DNA from: an uncultured Bacilli bacterium
GTDB lineage: Bacteria; Bacillota_I; Bacilli_A; RF39; UBA660
DNA: 64,000 bases
Direction of reading: 5' to 3'
Assembly (NCBI GenBank): GCA_934095845.1
Contig: CAKOKS010000003.1
Location: 5,217 to 69,216 of the forward strand
The notes under the pieces are model-generated. The model was not told where the DNA came from and did no database searches. It saw only the letters and a program-made list of their open reading frames with translations. This document shows, in pieces, positions 1-13,000 of this stretch (its first letter is position 1; each line of letters begins with the position of its first letter). A program made the translations under genes and the position numbers.

Positions 1-159
1 GCTAATTATGTAACTCAATATAAACAAAATAAAATCTATTATGAGGAAGATAAAGTGAATATTGGTTTTAAAATATATAAATGTTTAAGTCAAATAAATT
101 CTGGAAGTTATGATATAAATAATTTAAGTCAATTTGAACTTATATATAGTGGTGAATAG
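1..159 (+). CDS. 3' end of an unidentified CDS (partial, enters from upstream of the window)
   Basis: Frame 1 is open from nt 1 to TAG at 157-159 (...NNLSQFELIYSGE*). No recognisable motif. Confidence 0.35.
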   Translation, partial: ANYVTQYKQNKIYYEEDKVNIGFKIYKCLSQINSGSYDINNLSQFELIYSGE

Positions 160-210
160 AATACTCGTTTTTTTTCCTTAAATATGATAATATTATAAAT
201 AGGTGATACT

Positions 211-1728
211 ATGAAAAAGGTAATAATGGTTATCTTAGATGGTTTTGGACTTAATGATCTTGAAAATGGAAATGCTATTAAAGATGCAAATATGGAAACA
301 TTCAATAAATTATTTAAAGAATATCCCCATTCTGTATTACAAGCAAGTGGTGAATATGTAGGTTTACCAGATGATCAATTTGGTAACAGTGAAGTGGGCC
401 ATTTAACAATTGGTGCAGGAAGAAAAATAAAACAAGATTTATTAAAAGCAAATGAACTTTTAGGATCTCCCTCAATTGAACAAAATGATAAATTAATTGA
501 ACTTGTTGAGCATACAATTAATAATAATTCTACATTACATTTATGTGGACTTGTTTCAGATGGAAGAGTACATTCTGATATAAAATATATGAAAAATATT
601 CTAGGCCATCTAAAAAACATGGGTGTAAAAAAAGTTAAATTCCATGCTATTACAGATGGAAGAGATACTAAAGTTGATTCTTCGATTGGATATTTAACTG
701 AATTAGAAAATGTTATGAAAACTTTAAATATTGGTAAAATTTCAACAGTTTGCGGAAGATATTATGCAATGGATAGAGATAATAAATGGGAAAGAACTAA
801 AGTATACACTGACTTATTATTAAAAGGTGTAGGTATTAAAATAAGAACATTTAAAACTGGAATAGAAGCATGTTACAAAAAGAACTTAACTGATGAATTT
901 TTACCACCACTTATATTAGATGAAGACGCAACAATAAAAAATAATGATGCATTTTTATGGTTAAATTTTAGAGGAGATAGAAGTAGACAAATATTAACAG
1001 TGCTAAAACACGAAGATTTTCAAGAATATAAAGTAAAGAAAATAGATAATTTAAAAATTCTTGCTATAACTGATGTACCTGGAGCAAAGTTAACCAATAA
1101 AGAGTATTTAATAGAAAATGAAGAAATTTATTCCTTAGGAGTATATTTATCTGATTTAGGATTAAGACAAGCACGTATTGCTGAAACCGAAAAATTTGCT
1201 CATGTTACATATTTCTTTAACGGTGGAGGAAAAGTAAAATTAAAAGGATGCGATAATTTCCTTATTCCTTCAAAAAAAGTAAAAACATACGATTTAACTC
1301 CAAATATGAGTGCATTAGAAGTAACTGAACAAGTCTTAAAATGTTTAGAAAAAGATTATGATTTCATTTTAGTAAATTTTGCTAATCCAGATATGTTAGG
1401 TCATACAGGTGTAATTGATGCTACAGTTAATGGCCTTAAAACAATTGATGAATGTCTTTCAAAAATAGTTGAGGCAGTTGATAATAATTTCTATAAACTA
1501 ATAATAACAGCAGATCATGGTAACTGTGATGAAATGATAAGAAAAGATGGAAGTATTTCTACAACTCATTCTATTTATCCTGTACCATTTATTTTAAGAG
1601 ATAAACATGTTTCACTAAAACATAAAGGTGATTTAACAGAAATTGCTCCAACAATATTAAAATATATGGATATAGCAATTCCATCTGAAATGAAAGATAC
1701 TAAAACTTTATTTGTAGAAGAAGATTAA
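211..1728 (+). CDS. gpmI: 2,3-bisphosphoglycerate-independent phosphoglycerate mutase
   Basis: 505 aa. N-terminus MVILDGFG..., NSEVGHLTIGAGR, a C-terminal ADHGN motif and the length are typical of iPGM. SD-like AGGTGA lies upstream. Confidence 0.93.
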   Translation: MKKVIMVILDGFGLNDLENGNAIKDANMETFNKLFKEYPHSVLQASGEYVGLPDDQFGNSEVGHLTIGAGRKIKQDLLKANELLGSPSIEQNDKLIELVEHTINNNSTLHLCGLVSDGRVHSDIKYMKNILGHLKNMGVKKVKFHAITDGRDTKVDSSIGYLTELENVMKTLNIGKISTVCGRYYAMDRDNKWERTKVYTDLLLKGVGIKIRTFKTGIEACYKKNLTDEFLPPLILDEDATIKNNDAFLWLNFRGDRSRQILTVLKHEDFQEYKVKKIDNLKILAITDVPGAKLTNKEYLIENEEIYSLGVYLSDLGLRQARIAETEKFAHVTYFFNGGGKVKLKGCDNFLIPSKKVKTYDLTPNMSALEVTEQVLKCLEKDYDFILVNFANPDMLGHTGVIDATVNGLKTIDECLSKIVEAVDNNFYKLIITADHGNCDEMIRKDGSISTTHSIYPVPFILRDKHVSLKHKGDLTEIAPTILKYMDIAIPSEMKDTKTLFVEED

Positions 1729-1741
1729 AGAGAGGTTAATT

Positions 1742-3112
1742 ATGAAATTTGATAAAAGTATATTAAGGGAAGCAGACATCAGAGGAGTTTATGGAACTCA
1801 AATAAAACCAGCATTTGCAACAAGATTAGGTCTTGTATTTGGTAGTTATTTAAGAACTATAAATGTTAAAACAGTCGTTGTTGGTCATGATAATAGAATA
1901 GGTGGAGTTGAGCTTTCAAAAAATTTAGTTGATGCTTTAACAAGTACTGGAATTGATGTTATATTTATTGGTCTTGTTACAACTCCAATGTTAAATTTTG
2001 CATCTAGAGAATTAGGCGTTGAATATGGAATTATGGTTACAGCTAGTCATAATCCAGCATGTGATAATGGATTTAAATTATTTGGTAAAAATTATCAACA
2101 TTGTGATTATGATGAATTAAAAATAATATATGATGCTTTATCTAATCGTGAATACAAAATTTATACTGGTAAAGGAACGATAAAAAATCTAGAGATAAAC
2201 GATTTATATTCTAAACGTATGCGAGAATCTATATCACTAGGAAATAGAAAAATGAAAGTAGTTGTTGATCCTGGAAATGGAACTGCTTCTATAATTGTAA
2301 AAAAAATATATAATAGATTTCCTTTTGATGTAGTTTTTATAAATGATGTATCCGATCCAACTTTCCCAAATCATCATCCAGATCCAAATGTAAAAGCCAA
2401 TATGAAACAATTATGTGATGCTGTAATTGAACATTCAGCAGATTTAGGTCTTGCTTATGATGGAGATGCCGATAGATGTGGATTTGTTGACAACAATGGT
2501 GAAGTAATTGATGCCGATGTTTTAATGGCCATAATGTGTAAAAATATTTTAAAAACAAGTGAAAACAAAACTGTATTAATAGACGTTAAATGTTCAAATA
2601 CTTTAAGAGATGAAATACTTGCTTGTAAAGGGACTATTTATTTAGATACACCATCAAGTGCAAAACAAGAAAGAGATATGGAAGAAAATAACATTATTTT
2701 TGGTGGAAGTTATTCAAATCATATTTTCTTTAGGGATAAACATCCTGGATATGATGATGGAATATATGTTGGATTACGTGTACAAGAACTTTTAAGTCAT
2801 ACAAAATTAAATTTAACGGATATGTTAAAGAAACTTAACACTTATTACCATACAGATGAAATAAAAGTAAAAACTACAGATGAACTTAAATTTAAGATAG
2901 TAGATGCAATTAAAGAATACGCATTAAATAACAATTACAATATTGACACAACTGATGGAGTAAAAGTTATAAAAAACTCTTCTTGGGGACTTTTAAGAGC
3001 AAGTAACACTGGACCAAATCTAACATTAAGATATGAAGCAACAACTAAAGAAGAATTAAAAAATATTCAAAAAGAGTTTATGAATGTATTAAGTAAAATT
3101 ATGAATAAATAG
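1742..3112 (+). CDS. alpha-D-phosphohexomutase (phosphomannomutase/phosphoglucomutase type)
   Basis: 456 aa. Has READIRGVYG, the active-site loop TASHNPACDNGFK, and the Mg loop DGDADR. The TASHNP/DIRG signature points to PMM/PGM rather than GlmM. Confidence 0.85.
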   Translation: MKFDKSILREADIRGVYGTQIKPAFATRLGLVFGSYLRTINVKTVVVGHDNRIGGVELSKNLVDALTSTGIDVIFIGLVTTPMLNFASRELGVEYGIMVTASHNPACDNGFKLFGKNYQHCDYDELKIIYDALSNREYKIYTGKGTIKNLEINDLYSKRMRESISLGNRKMKVVVDPGNGTASIIVKKIYNRFPFDVVFINDVSDPTFPNHHPDPNVKANMKQLCDAVIEHSADLGLAYDGDADRCGFVDNNGEVIDADVLMAIMCKNILKTSENKTVLIDVKCSNTLRDEILACKGTIYLDTPSSAKQERDMEENNIIFGGSYSNHIFFRDKHPGYDDGIYVGLRVQELLSHTKLNLTDMLKKLNTYYHTDEIKVKTTDELKFKIVDAIKEYALNNNYNIDTTDGVKVIKNSSWGLLRASNTGPNLTLRYEATTKEELKNIQKEFMNVLSKIMNK

Positions 3113-3113
3113 A

Positions 3114-3143
3114 AAGTTATATTTGACAAGTATAACTTTTTTT
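3114..3143 (+). terminator. rho-independent terminator
   Basis: AAGTTATA (3114-3121) pairs with TATAACTT (3131-3138), followed by a T-run. Confidence 0.6.
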
Positions 3144-3227
3144 CGTTAATAAATGTATAATTTATGTCAAAAAACGACAAAAAAACATTATTTTTGATAT
3201 AATTATTAAAGAATAAGGGATGATTAT

Positions 3228-4133
3228 ATGGAAAAAATTTATAATAATGTTTCATTTTTTAGTCAAATTATTAATTTTATTATTAAATTGACTCCATATA
3301 AAAAGACATCTAATACAGTTAATGAATCGAAAAAATTCATAGAAAAAATAAAAGATAAAAAGTTTAAAAATAAAAAAAGTTATAATTTTAAATTGGAATC
3401 TCAAATAAATAAAAAAATGAACATTTATACATTTAATGGCTCATTTGATAATTTAAAAGACGGAATACTTTTATATGTTCATGGAGGTTCATTTGTTGAA
3501 AATGCTAACTTATTTCAAATTAATTTTGCAAAAAAGATTGCATTAAAAACTAATACTACTCTTATCTTCGCAGATTATCCATTGGCACCTTTATCAAATT
3601 GTAAAGAAATGTTTGAACTCTTTCTAGATTTATATCAAAAAATAATAATGTATAATAAAAATATTTATTTTCTTGGGGATTCAGCAGGTGGTGGTTTTGT
3701 TATCTCACTTGCTAGTTATATAAAATCTAAAAAACTACCATTACCAAAAAAAATAATAGCTTTATCTCCATGGTTGGATATTTCTATGTCAGATGATAAA
3801 ATTTATGAAGATGCAAAAAAAGATGTAATGTGTGGGGTAGATGGTACTAAGTATATGGGTAAACTTTGGGCAAATGATGTAAAAACAAATGATTCCTTAA
3901 TTAGCCCATTATATTTAGATGATTTAGATATTGGTGAAATAACAATAATTACTGGTGGATATGATATACTTAGATCACAATGTTTAGCATTTCATAAAAA
4001 ATTAGAAAATCTTAAAATAAACCATAATTATATTTTTTACAAAAATCAAGGACATATTTTTGGGGTACTTCCTCATAAAGAAGGAAAGCTAGTTATTCAA
4101 GACATCGTAAATATTATTAAGGAGGATTGCTAA
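3228..4133 (+). CDS. alpha/beta hydrolase, HSL-type esterase/lipase family
   Basis: Oxyanion motif HGGSF, nucleophile elbow GDSAGG, and a C-terminal His (NQGHIF). Confidence 0.8.
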   Translation: MEKIYNNVSFFSQIINFIIKLTPYKKTSNTVNESKKFIEKIKDKKFKNKKSYNFKLESQINKKMNIYTFNGSFDNLKDGILLYVHGGSFVENANLFQINFAKKIALKTNTTLIFADYPLAPLSNCKEMFELFLDLYQKIIMYNKNIYFLGDSAGGGFVISLASYIKSKKLPLPKKIIALSPWLDISMSDDKIYEDAKKDVMCGVDGTKYMGKLWANDVKTNDSLISPLYLDDLDIGEITIITGGYDILRSQCLAFHKKLENLKINHNYIFYKNQGHIFGVLPHKEGKLVIQDIVNIIKEDC

Positions 4134-5140
4134 TGAGTGAATTTAAACCTTTACCATGGTATAAAGAATTGTTTATAAAAAAATCCGAGTTACCAGAATA
4201 TTATGTTAAGAAAAGAGCTTATTTGAGTACTCATGGTGATAAGCTATCAAATTTTAAATTTCAATCTAAGTTTCATAATATTTTGATGAAAGGATTTTCA
4301 TTTAATAGAAAATATGTAGATAAACAAAATTATGCAATTATTGCTGATAAAACACATGATATAAATGGGCCTGTAATATATGCAGTAACTCATATAGGAA
4401 AGTTTGATTATCAAATTATAACAGAGGCTTTAAAAGTTCACACTATACCATTTGCAGGAGATCCAGAATTAACGTATAGGCAATTTGATGGAGCCATATT
4501 TAATTTGAATGGAGTCGTATACATAGATACAAATTCTAAAACAGACAGAAAGGTAGCATATCAAACTTCATTAGATGTATTAAGAAATGGTTATAACTTA
4601 TTAATTTTTCCAGAAGGAATATGGAATTTAAGTCCAAATAATATTGTTGAACCACTTTATCCAGGAGTTATTAATATGTCTATTGAAACTAACTCTCAAA
4701 TAGTTCCAGTCGCGATTGAACAATATGGAAGTGACTTTTTAATAAATATTGGAGAGAATTATTCAATAACTGATATAACTGACATCGATAAAAACAGATT
4801 TGAACTTAGAGATAAAATGGCAACTTTAAAATCTGAAATATTTGAAAACTATCCATCAATTCAAATAAGAGAAGAATTAGGAACATATGAAGAATTAAAA
4901 AAAGAATTTATTGAAACTAGATTAAATGAATATAAAAATCCCAAAACTAAGAAACCATATTTTACAGAAGAATTCATAGAAAATAGAGTTTATAAAGAAA
5001 AAGGAGTAACAAAACCAAAAGACGCATTCTCTTATTTTGATAATATTGAATTAAATGAAAAAACAGAATTTATGTTTCAAGAAGATGAATCTTTACCTAA
5101 AGAAATTCAAGAATCAAATGCAAATAAAATGAAAAGATAA
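4133..5140 (+). CDS. lysophospholipid (1-acyl-sn-glycerol-3-phosphate type) acyltransferase family protein
   Basis: HX4D motif (HIGKFD) plus FPEG. The ATG at 4133 overlaps the esterase stop (TAATG) and sits behind AAGGAGGA. The track start at 4127 is a TTG. Confidence 0.72.
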   Translation: MSEFKPLPWYKELFIKKSELPEYYVKKRAYLSTHGDKLSNFKFQSKFHNILMKGFSFNRKYVDKQNYAIIADKTHDINGPVIYAVTHIGKFDYQIITEALKVHTIPFAGDPELTYRQFDGAIFNLNGVVYIDTNSKTDRKVAYQTSLDVLRNGYNLLIFPEGIWNLSPNNIVEPLYPGVINMSIETNSQIVPVAIEQYGSDFLINIGENYSITDITDIDKNRFELRDKMATLKSEIFENYPSIQIREELGTYEELKKEFIETRLNEYKNPKTKKPYFTEEFIENRVYKEKGVTKPKDAFSYFDNIELNEKTEFMFQEDESLPKEIQESNANKMKR

Positions 5141-5151
5141 GGAGTAAAAAT

Positions 5152-6993
5152 ATGTTAGTAATATTATTACCATTTGTAGGTATATTACTTGATGCTTTAA
5201 TATTTACACTTTTTAAAAAGAAAACTCAAGTAAAAAATCGAGAAACTTTACTATATAATAAGTTAATAATTATAAACCTGTTGGAATGTATATTTAATGT
5301 TTTAGCACTGTCATATGTATTAAAAGGTGGAAATATAGCTATATTTGGATTATTTCAAAAAATAGATATATGTTTGATGGTAATATGGGTTGGTCTAATC
5401 TTAAGATATATTTATTATGTATCTGAATTAAATATTTTTACACATTTTAGATATATTATAGATTGTCTATCTTTAATATCGACTTTACTAGTTTTTTTTC
5501 TTCCAATTGAACCTATAATTAGTAATGGAGTTGTAGATTCTAGTGGTATAAGTCCAATTATAGGATTTGGAACTATACTATTATATTCGATTATGATAAT
5601 CTTATGTTTAATTTGTTCAGATATAAAAAATCCACATAATATAAAAAATAAAAAATATTATCCACTTTATGTACTAGTTATATTGGCAATTGTTGGTTTA
5701 TGTATGCGTTTAATTATACCTGAATTAATTTTTGAACCATTTATTATGTCATATGTTCTTCTAATAATGTATTTCACAATTGAAAACCCAGATGTAAAAA
5801 TGATAAGAGAATTAGAAGTGGCAAAAGATACAGCAGAAAAAGCTAACCGAGCAAAATCAGATTTCTTAAGTAGTATGTCACATGAAATAAGAACTCCATT
5901 AAATGCAATAGTTGGTTTATCAGAAGATATAACATTATATAAAGATGAAGTACCAAAAGAAGTATATGAAGATTCAATTGATATACAAAATGCATCACAT
6001 ACGCTTCTAGAAATAGTTGGAAATATACTTGATATAAATAAAATAGAATCAGATAAAATGGAAGTAATAGAAAATAAATATAATTTCAGAGAAGAAATAG
6101 AAGGAATGGTACGAGTAACAATTACGAGAATAGGAGAAAAAAATATAAATTTTCACCTATATATAGCAGAAGATATACCATATGAATTAATTGGAGATAA
6201 AGGAAAAGTAAAAGAAATAATAAATAACTTGTTAACAAATTCAATTAAATATACTGATGAGGGAGAAATAAACTTAAAAATTACTTGTGTAAATGATTTA
6301 AATAAAAATATAAGTAATTTAATAATCAGTTGCCAAGATACAGGAAAAGGAATAAAAGCAGAAAATATAAATAGATTATTTACCAAGTTTGATAGACTTG
6401 ATGTAGAAAGAAACACAACAACAGAAGGAACAGGATTAGGTCTAGCAATAACAAAAGGCTTAACTGAAATGATGGGTGGTAAAATAAATGTTCAATCACA
6501 ATATGGAAAGGGATCTATATTTATAGTAACAATACCACAAAAGATAGCTGAAGTAGAAATGCCATTAACAAATACTCAAGTAATAAATATTAAAAGAATA
6601 AATGAAGAATTAGTAGAAAGTTATAAAGGAAAAAGAGTATTAATAGTAGATGATAATAAATTAAATATAAAAGTAGCAAAAAAGGCAATAGAAAATTTTG
6701 GATTTATAATAGATGAAGCTACAGATGGAATAGAATGTTTAGAAAAAGTAAAAAATAATCCAAGATATGATTTAATACTAATGGATATAATGATGCCAAA
6801 TATGAGTGGAGAAACATGTTTAAAAAAGTTAAAGGAAGATGAAACATTTGATACACCAGTGGTAGCTTTAACTGCGGATGCAATAGCAGGATCAAAAGAA
6901 AAATATATAAGCGAAGGATTTATAGATTATATTCAAAAACCATTTTCTAGAGAGCAAATAAAAGAAAAGTTAAGTAATATTTTTAAAAAGTAA
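5152..6993 (+). CDS. hybrid sensor histidine kinase / response regulator
   Basis: Multi-TM N-terminus, H-box [11 protein letters not shown], ATPase G-boxes ([14 protein letters not shown]), and a C-terminal receiver domain (LIVDDN...LMDIMMP). Confidence 0.9.
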   Translation: MLVILLPFVGILLDALIFTLFKKKTQVKNRETLLYNKLIIINLLECIFNVLALSYVLKGGNIAIFGLFQKIDICLMVIWVGLILRYIYYVSELNIFTHFRYIIDCLSLISTLLVFFLPIEPIISNGVVDSSGISPIIGFGTILLYSIMIILCLICSDIKNPHNIKNKKYYPLYVLVILAIVGLCMRLIIPELIFEPFIMSYVLLIMYFTIENPDVKMIRELEVAKDTAEKANRAKSDFLSSMSHEIRTPLNAIVGLSEDITLYKDEVPKEVYEDSIDIQNASHTLLEIVGNILDINKIESDKMEVIENKYNFREEIEGMVRVTITRIGEKNINFHLYIAEDIPYELIGDKGKVKEIINNLLTNSIKYTDEGEINLKITCVNDLNKNISNLIISCQDTGKGIKAENINRLFTKFDRLDVERNTTTEGTGLGLAITKGLTEMMGGKINVQSQYGKGSIFIVTIPQKIAEVEMPLTNTQVINIKRINEELVESYKGKRVLIVDDNKLNIKVAKKAIENFGFIIDEATDGIECLEKVKNNPRYDLILMDIMMPNMSGETCLKKLKEDETFDTPVVALTADAIAGSKEKYISEGFIDYIQKPFSREQIKEKLSNIFKK

Positions 6994-7008
6994 ATCATTT
7001 TTAATTTA

Positions 7009-7031
7009 AAACGAGATTTTACTCGTTTTTT
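7009..7031 (+). terminator. rho-independent terminator
   Basis: AAACGAG (7009-7015) pairs with CTCGTTT (7022-7028), followed by a T-run. Confidence 0.65.
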
Positions 7032-7032
7032 A

Positions 7033-7062
7033 TTGACTTTATTCTCTAAAACATTATACAAT
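7033..7062 (+). promoter_or_regulatory. sigma-A type promoter of the giant surface-protein gene
   Basis: TTGACT (7033-7038), 18-nt spacer, TACAAT (7057-7062). The ORF-track TTG start at 7033 is the -35 box itself. Confidence 0.5.
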
Positions 7063-7086
7063 TTTAGTATAGTAGGTGGTGCATTT

Positions 7087-10000
7087 ATGAGTACAAATAA
7101 TTTGAATGAAGATAGAAATTTCTATTTAACGTTAGAAGGACTAACATTAAAAGAAGCTGAAGAAAAATTAGAAAATAATAACATAAAAAATTATAAAATA
7201 AAAAGAAATATTGATTTATCTACAAAGAGTGGTTGCATTTCTAAAATAGATTTAGATGATACTTTAACTTTGTATGTTTCTGAAAGAAGATTTATTTTAG
7301 TACTTCTACTTCTATTTTTTTTATGTAATTTAGTAGTTTTTACCTTTAATGGAACTATATCTACTTTATTTGGAACAAAAGCACCAGTTATAAAAAGTGA
7401 AAGTCATGAATGGAGTATGAATACTTTAGTAAGTGTTAATAAAGATGCAATCATGAAAAATGAGCTTTCATATTATGAATATTGTGTAACAAAAAGCAAA
7501 AATACTTTAAAATGTAATTGGAAAAGAACAGATACTAAAAATATTCAAGTAAGTGTTACTGGAAAATGGTATGTATATTTTAGAGCCATAGATAAGAAAA
7601 ATGTAAAAAGTAAAATAAGTAATAGGGAATATGTTCAAATAGATAATGAAGCTCCTATAATAAATGATGTTTCAGAACAACTAACATTAAATTCTATCAA
7701 ATTAATTGTTAAAGCAGTTGATAATCATAGTGGCATTGATAAATATTATTATAGTTTAGACGGTATTGATTTTATTGAATCAAAAGAAGAATATGTTTTT
7801 GAAAATTTATCACCAAATACAGAATATGAAATTACTATAAAAGTGTTAGATAAACTTGGAAACACTGTTGTATATAAGAAAAAAATTAAAACAACTTCAG
7901 AATCATCTGAAGAAAATACAACAACAACTAAAAAAACAACAAAGAAGACAAATAAAAAAACAACAACTAAAAAAACTAAAACAACAAGTTTTCCTTCGAA
8001 AATAGATACACCAACTATTGATTTATTAGATGTACCTAATGTTTTAGAATACAAATCTTCATACAACTTACCTAGTCATTATTCTTTTGGTAATAGTGAT
8101 GGAACAGTAGAATGTCATTCTGGAAATCAAACTGTAACAAACACTAATGAATTATCCGTTGGTGAACATAATATAGTTTGTACAGCAACAAATAAAGAAG
8201 GTATAAGTGTTTCAGTTTCAAAGATAGTATTCGTTAGAATAACTGAATCTAATGAAGAAAATTTGGATGGTTGGGTATGGTTAAATCTATATTATCCAGA
8301 TGAATCAACAGACTGGGAATGGAAAAAGATAGATGAAAATGAAATAATGAGTGGTGACGATTTAAACTGGAATCCATATACAGGCCCAATATTAGTTAGA
8401 ATAGAAGATATAGATAAAATATATATAAGATATAAACTTAATGGTAACGAGATTATAGAATCAAAGAGTGGATATTATGTAGATATTACACCTGAAAAAA
8501 CTTCTTTACAAAATGGAGAAGAAACTAATGTAACTATCAATTATAGTAAAAACGTTGATAAAATAGAGTATCGAATTAATAATGGAAAGTGGATGGATTA
8601 TCAAGATATATTCACTGTTAGTGCTAACACATTAATTACTGCTAAAATTACATATCATGAAAATGTTTATGACAGTGAAGGAAATATATTGATAACAAAA
8701 ACTAAGACAAAACAAGTTGAAGCATATATACAAGCAACAAATGAAATAGTTGATGCAGGTAAACTAGACATAAAAATCTATCCATCATCAAAATATATTA
8801 ATAATAGCCGAAAAGTAACTGTAACTATTGATTACGATGAAGATGCAACTTCAAAATACTATCAAATAGATAATGGAGGTTGGATTCCTTATACAGGACC
8901 ATTTCAAGTAGCAAAAGAAAGTTATATTTATGCAACTGCTTCAGGTAAAAGAACAATTTATCAAAATGGTGAATTAAAAGAATTCAATGTTACTGGAAAT
9001 AAAAGTCTATTCTTAAGAGATAAATATTATGAAGTTTATATCACTTCTGGAAAAAGTCAATTAGATAGCACAGAAAAAACTTCTATTAATATTGATACAA
9101 GTTATCATGCTGATTCAGTAGAGTATTCCTTAAACGGCAGTGATTTTCAAAAATATATTGGTGACTTTAATGTTTCTGCTAATACTTTAATTACTGCTCG
9201 AGCAACATTTACATTAGATAATGGAGAAAAATTAATCGTTTATTCTAAAAAATATATTTATGAAGATAAATCATCACTTAGAGTAAGAATTAGACCTTCT
9301 AGATATTCTGTTGGTGGAAATGAAAAAACTACAATAAATATTACTACTAATTATAAAGCAGATACTATTGAATATAGTTTAGACAATGGTAAAACATATA
9401 ATAAGTACACAAAATCATTTACAGTAGAACCAAGTACATTTATTATTGCAAGATCAACTAAAAAGAATACTGATGGTTCAATACAAACAACATATGATAC
9501 AAGATACATTGAACGTGATAATGTTGGATTAGAAATAATTCCATCAGCTGAAAGAGCATTACCAAATACAAGTGTAACGGCAAAAATAATTACTTATTAT
9601 GCGGTAGATAAAATAGAATATAGCTTAGATGGAACAAATTATTATGAATATAAAGGTTCAATTTTAATACCAGCAGGTCAAACTATTTATGCTAAAGCTA
9701 CATATGGAGATAAAGTAACTTATACAAGTACATTTATTGGTGTTATAAAACCATCTGATAGTTTAGAAGGACCTAAAATAACTGGAAATCCTTCTACAAC
9801 AATTACTTCCAAAACATTAATAACAATAACTCCAAAGGAAGAAGCAGATAAAATATATTATTCAATCGATTTTGGACAATGGAAAGAATATACAGATGAA
9901 TTTTATGTTAATAAAAATGTAGTTATTCAAGCATATTATGTAAGAAAAAGTGATGGTAAAACATCTAAAACATCTTATTATTACGTTCAAAATATACATA

Positions 10001-13000
10001 ATGGAGCTACACCTTATGTAAGAATAGATGCATCTCCAAGTGAATATTTATATAGTGATCAAGACGAAGTAACAGTACATATATCAGCTACAGATTATGA
10101 TACTTTAAAATATAGTTTAGATGGTAAAATTTATGAAGATTATATTGATCCAATAAAAATTCAAACTAGTACAACAATATATGCTAAAGCTACAAATAAA
10201 TATGGTGCAACAATTGAAAAATTAAGAATAAGAACCAAAACACCTAGTAAAAAGATAGATAATTTACTAGTTTCAATAATGGCAAATCCAAATGAAAATA
10301 ATTTAAAAGGAATTATAAATAAAACAAATATAAAATTGCTATATGGCAAAGATGTTGAAAAAGCATATTATAAAATTGGTGAATCAGGAGAATGGAAAGA
10401 GTATACTGGTGAATTTGAAATTACTAAAAATACAACAATATATGCCTATGTAACTTCAGCAACTGGAACTGGAGAAAATGCAAAACAAATCGATTTTTTA
10501 ACAGATAGCATTCCAGAACCAATTATAAAACATACTCCAACTTCATTAGCAGAATCTGTTTCTGTTAGCATTGAGTATTCGCCTAATGCTTCCAAGAAAA
10601 AATACAAAATTGATAATGGTGAATGGCAAGATTATACTGGATCATTTACTGTAACGGAGAATTCAATTATAACAGCTTATAGTGAAGATGTTTTAGGAAA
10701 TAATAGTCAAAGTACTCATGAAATAGATAATATAACGAACTTTCCAAGATTTACTATAATTGATATGGGGGATTACTATTTAATAAGATTAAATTATCCT
10801 ACAGAATCTTTAGAAAGTGAAAGAGAATATAAGTGGAAAGAAAATGGAACTTGGCGACAATATGATAAACATGGAATACTTTTAATAAAACATGATCGAG
10901 CAAGTGATATAGTTACTCCAAATGGAGTTAAAATAAAAGACGATCAAGGAAATGAAGTATTGGTAACTGATCATTATTATATTTTAGACAGTGACATTTT
11001 AAATATAAAAGAAGATTTATTTATGAGATGGGGAACTAAAAAAATAGATGCTCCTAAAATTATTAGTAGTAATGAAGAAATTACTAAAGAATTAGAATCT
11101 ACAATAGTTTATAATAAAAGATTAGTTAAAAAATATTATCGTATAATTGATGAAAATAATAATGATACAGGTTGGTTAGAATACAATAAAAATATCAAAA
11201 TAACTTCTAACTGTGTTATTTATGCCAAGGGTGAAGATAAATATGGTCAAGCTAGTAACATTGCTTCTCTTGAAATAACAAACATTGATTCAGAAGAACC
11301 AATAATAAATGTTAAGGGAGATTTAACTAGTAGAAAAAGAATCGTTAATTTATTTATTTCTGCAATCGATGATCAAAAAATTGATACAGTAAGGTATGCC
11401 GAGGGTAAACAAGATATAAAATATTTTGAAAAAACCGGTATAAATATAAATAACAATAGTAATTTAAAAATAACTAAAAATGGTATATATACAATATATG
11501 CTTTAGACAGTGTTGGAAATGAAACAATAAAAGAAGTTGAAGTAACTAACATTGTTGATAAAGTTACTATTGAAATTGATGTTTTAACTAAAGATTTATC
11601 TGATTCAGTAAAAGTTAACATTGATTATGGTGAATCCCCAATAAGAAAGTATAAAATAGGAAATTCAAATACTTTAGAATATAATGGTACAATTACTTTA
11701 AATTCTCAAGATGTTAAAAAGTACATGAATGATGATTATTCAATAACAATTTATGCTTATGGAAAAGATTATGACGATTCAGATATTCAAGCAGAAGAAA
11801 CTATTTACAATTTAGATTTAAAAATACCTGAAGAACCAAAAATAGTATCTAATGGAGGATATCCTATCTTAGATAATAACGGATTATCTTTAAGTTATGT
11901 TCATCAACTAAAATTTGATAATAGATTCGATGATGTAGAAAATTACTATAGTATAGATGATGGACAAACATGGCAAGAATATAAGAAACCATTTGAATTA
12001 TTAACTGGAAAAATATTAACTAAATCTGTAAGAAAATCAAGTGGTTTAACCGTTACAAGTGAAATTCTAGTTGAACTTCCAAATGATGCAATTAAACAAA
12101 GTATGTTTGATGGTAATATTTTAAGCGGAGATGTTATTGAAAAAAATACATATCAATTATTTAAAGTTTCTAAACTTGCTTACGGATTAAAAACAAGAAT
12201 ATTTAATGGAAATATCGTATCTGATAATGCCTATATTGAAATATATGATAAGAATGATACTTTATTAGAAAAAGATAACTTAATTGCTAAAGTAAATGAG
12301 TTTACAATTCCTGAAGAAGCAAGCTATGTTAAAATAGTAGCAGGTGATAAAGATTTAGAAGTAAATGAAATAAAAATAGAAATTGCAAATGAATCAAAAT
12401 CATATCCGATTATAATGGTAAATGACTCAAATTGGACTGATAATAAAACTGTTTCAATAAAATATTTTGGTAACTATAAAAATGAATACAGTTTAGATGA
12501 TGGAAATACATGGATTACTTATGAAAAGCCATTTGAAATTGATAAAAAAGTAACAATTATTGCAAGGTCAATTAGTGATGATGTTCAAGTAACCAGCAGT
12601 GTTTTAAAAATTAATAAAGTAAAAGAAGATGCAACTTTAACTCTAACAAATGAAAGTGTTGAAACTGGATATTCAGTAAAAAATGCAATTGTTGGTTATA
12701 GTTATAATGGAGATGCAGAATTAGAAGTTATATCTGATGATGAAAAAATTGCAACTGCTCAAATAGAAGGAAATAGAATCAATATTATTCCTGGTAAAAT
12801 AATAGGTGAAACAACAATTAAAGTTAAGGCTTGTGGCGGAACAAAATATAAAGATATTATAAAAACAATAAAGGTAGTAAATAAAATCTATCCAGTTCTT
12901 GAAATTGAAAACTATACTACTTCAGGAAAAACAATAAAGATAAAATATAAATACGTTGGGGATGGAAAAGTTACTTCAATAACTACAAGTAATGAAGCAA

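Noticed and set aside
7033-7086. The ORF-track N-terminal extension of the giant gene. Similar TTG/GTG extensions occur at 4127, 16346, 17607, 24220, 34857, 36005, 37155, 38584, 49396, 52185, 53212, 61258 and 61768.
   Set aside because: The TTG at 7033 is the -35 hexamer of the promoter. In each case an internal ATG with a proper Shine-Dalgarno sequence, and often a canonical protein N-terminus, is a better start.
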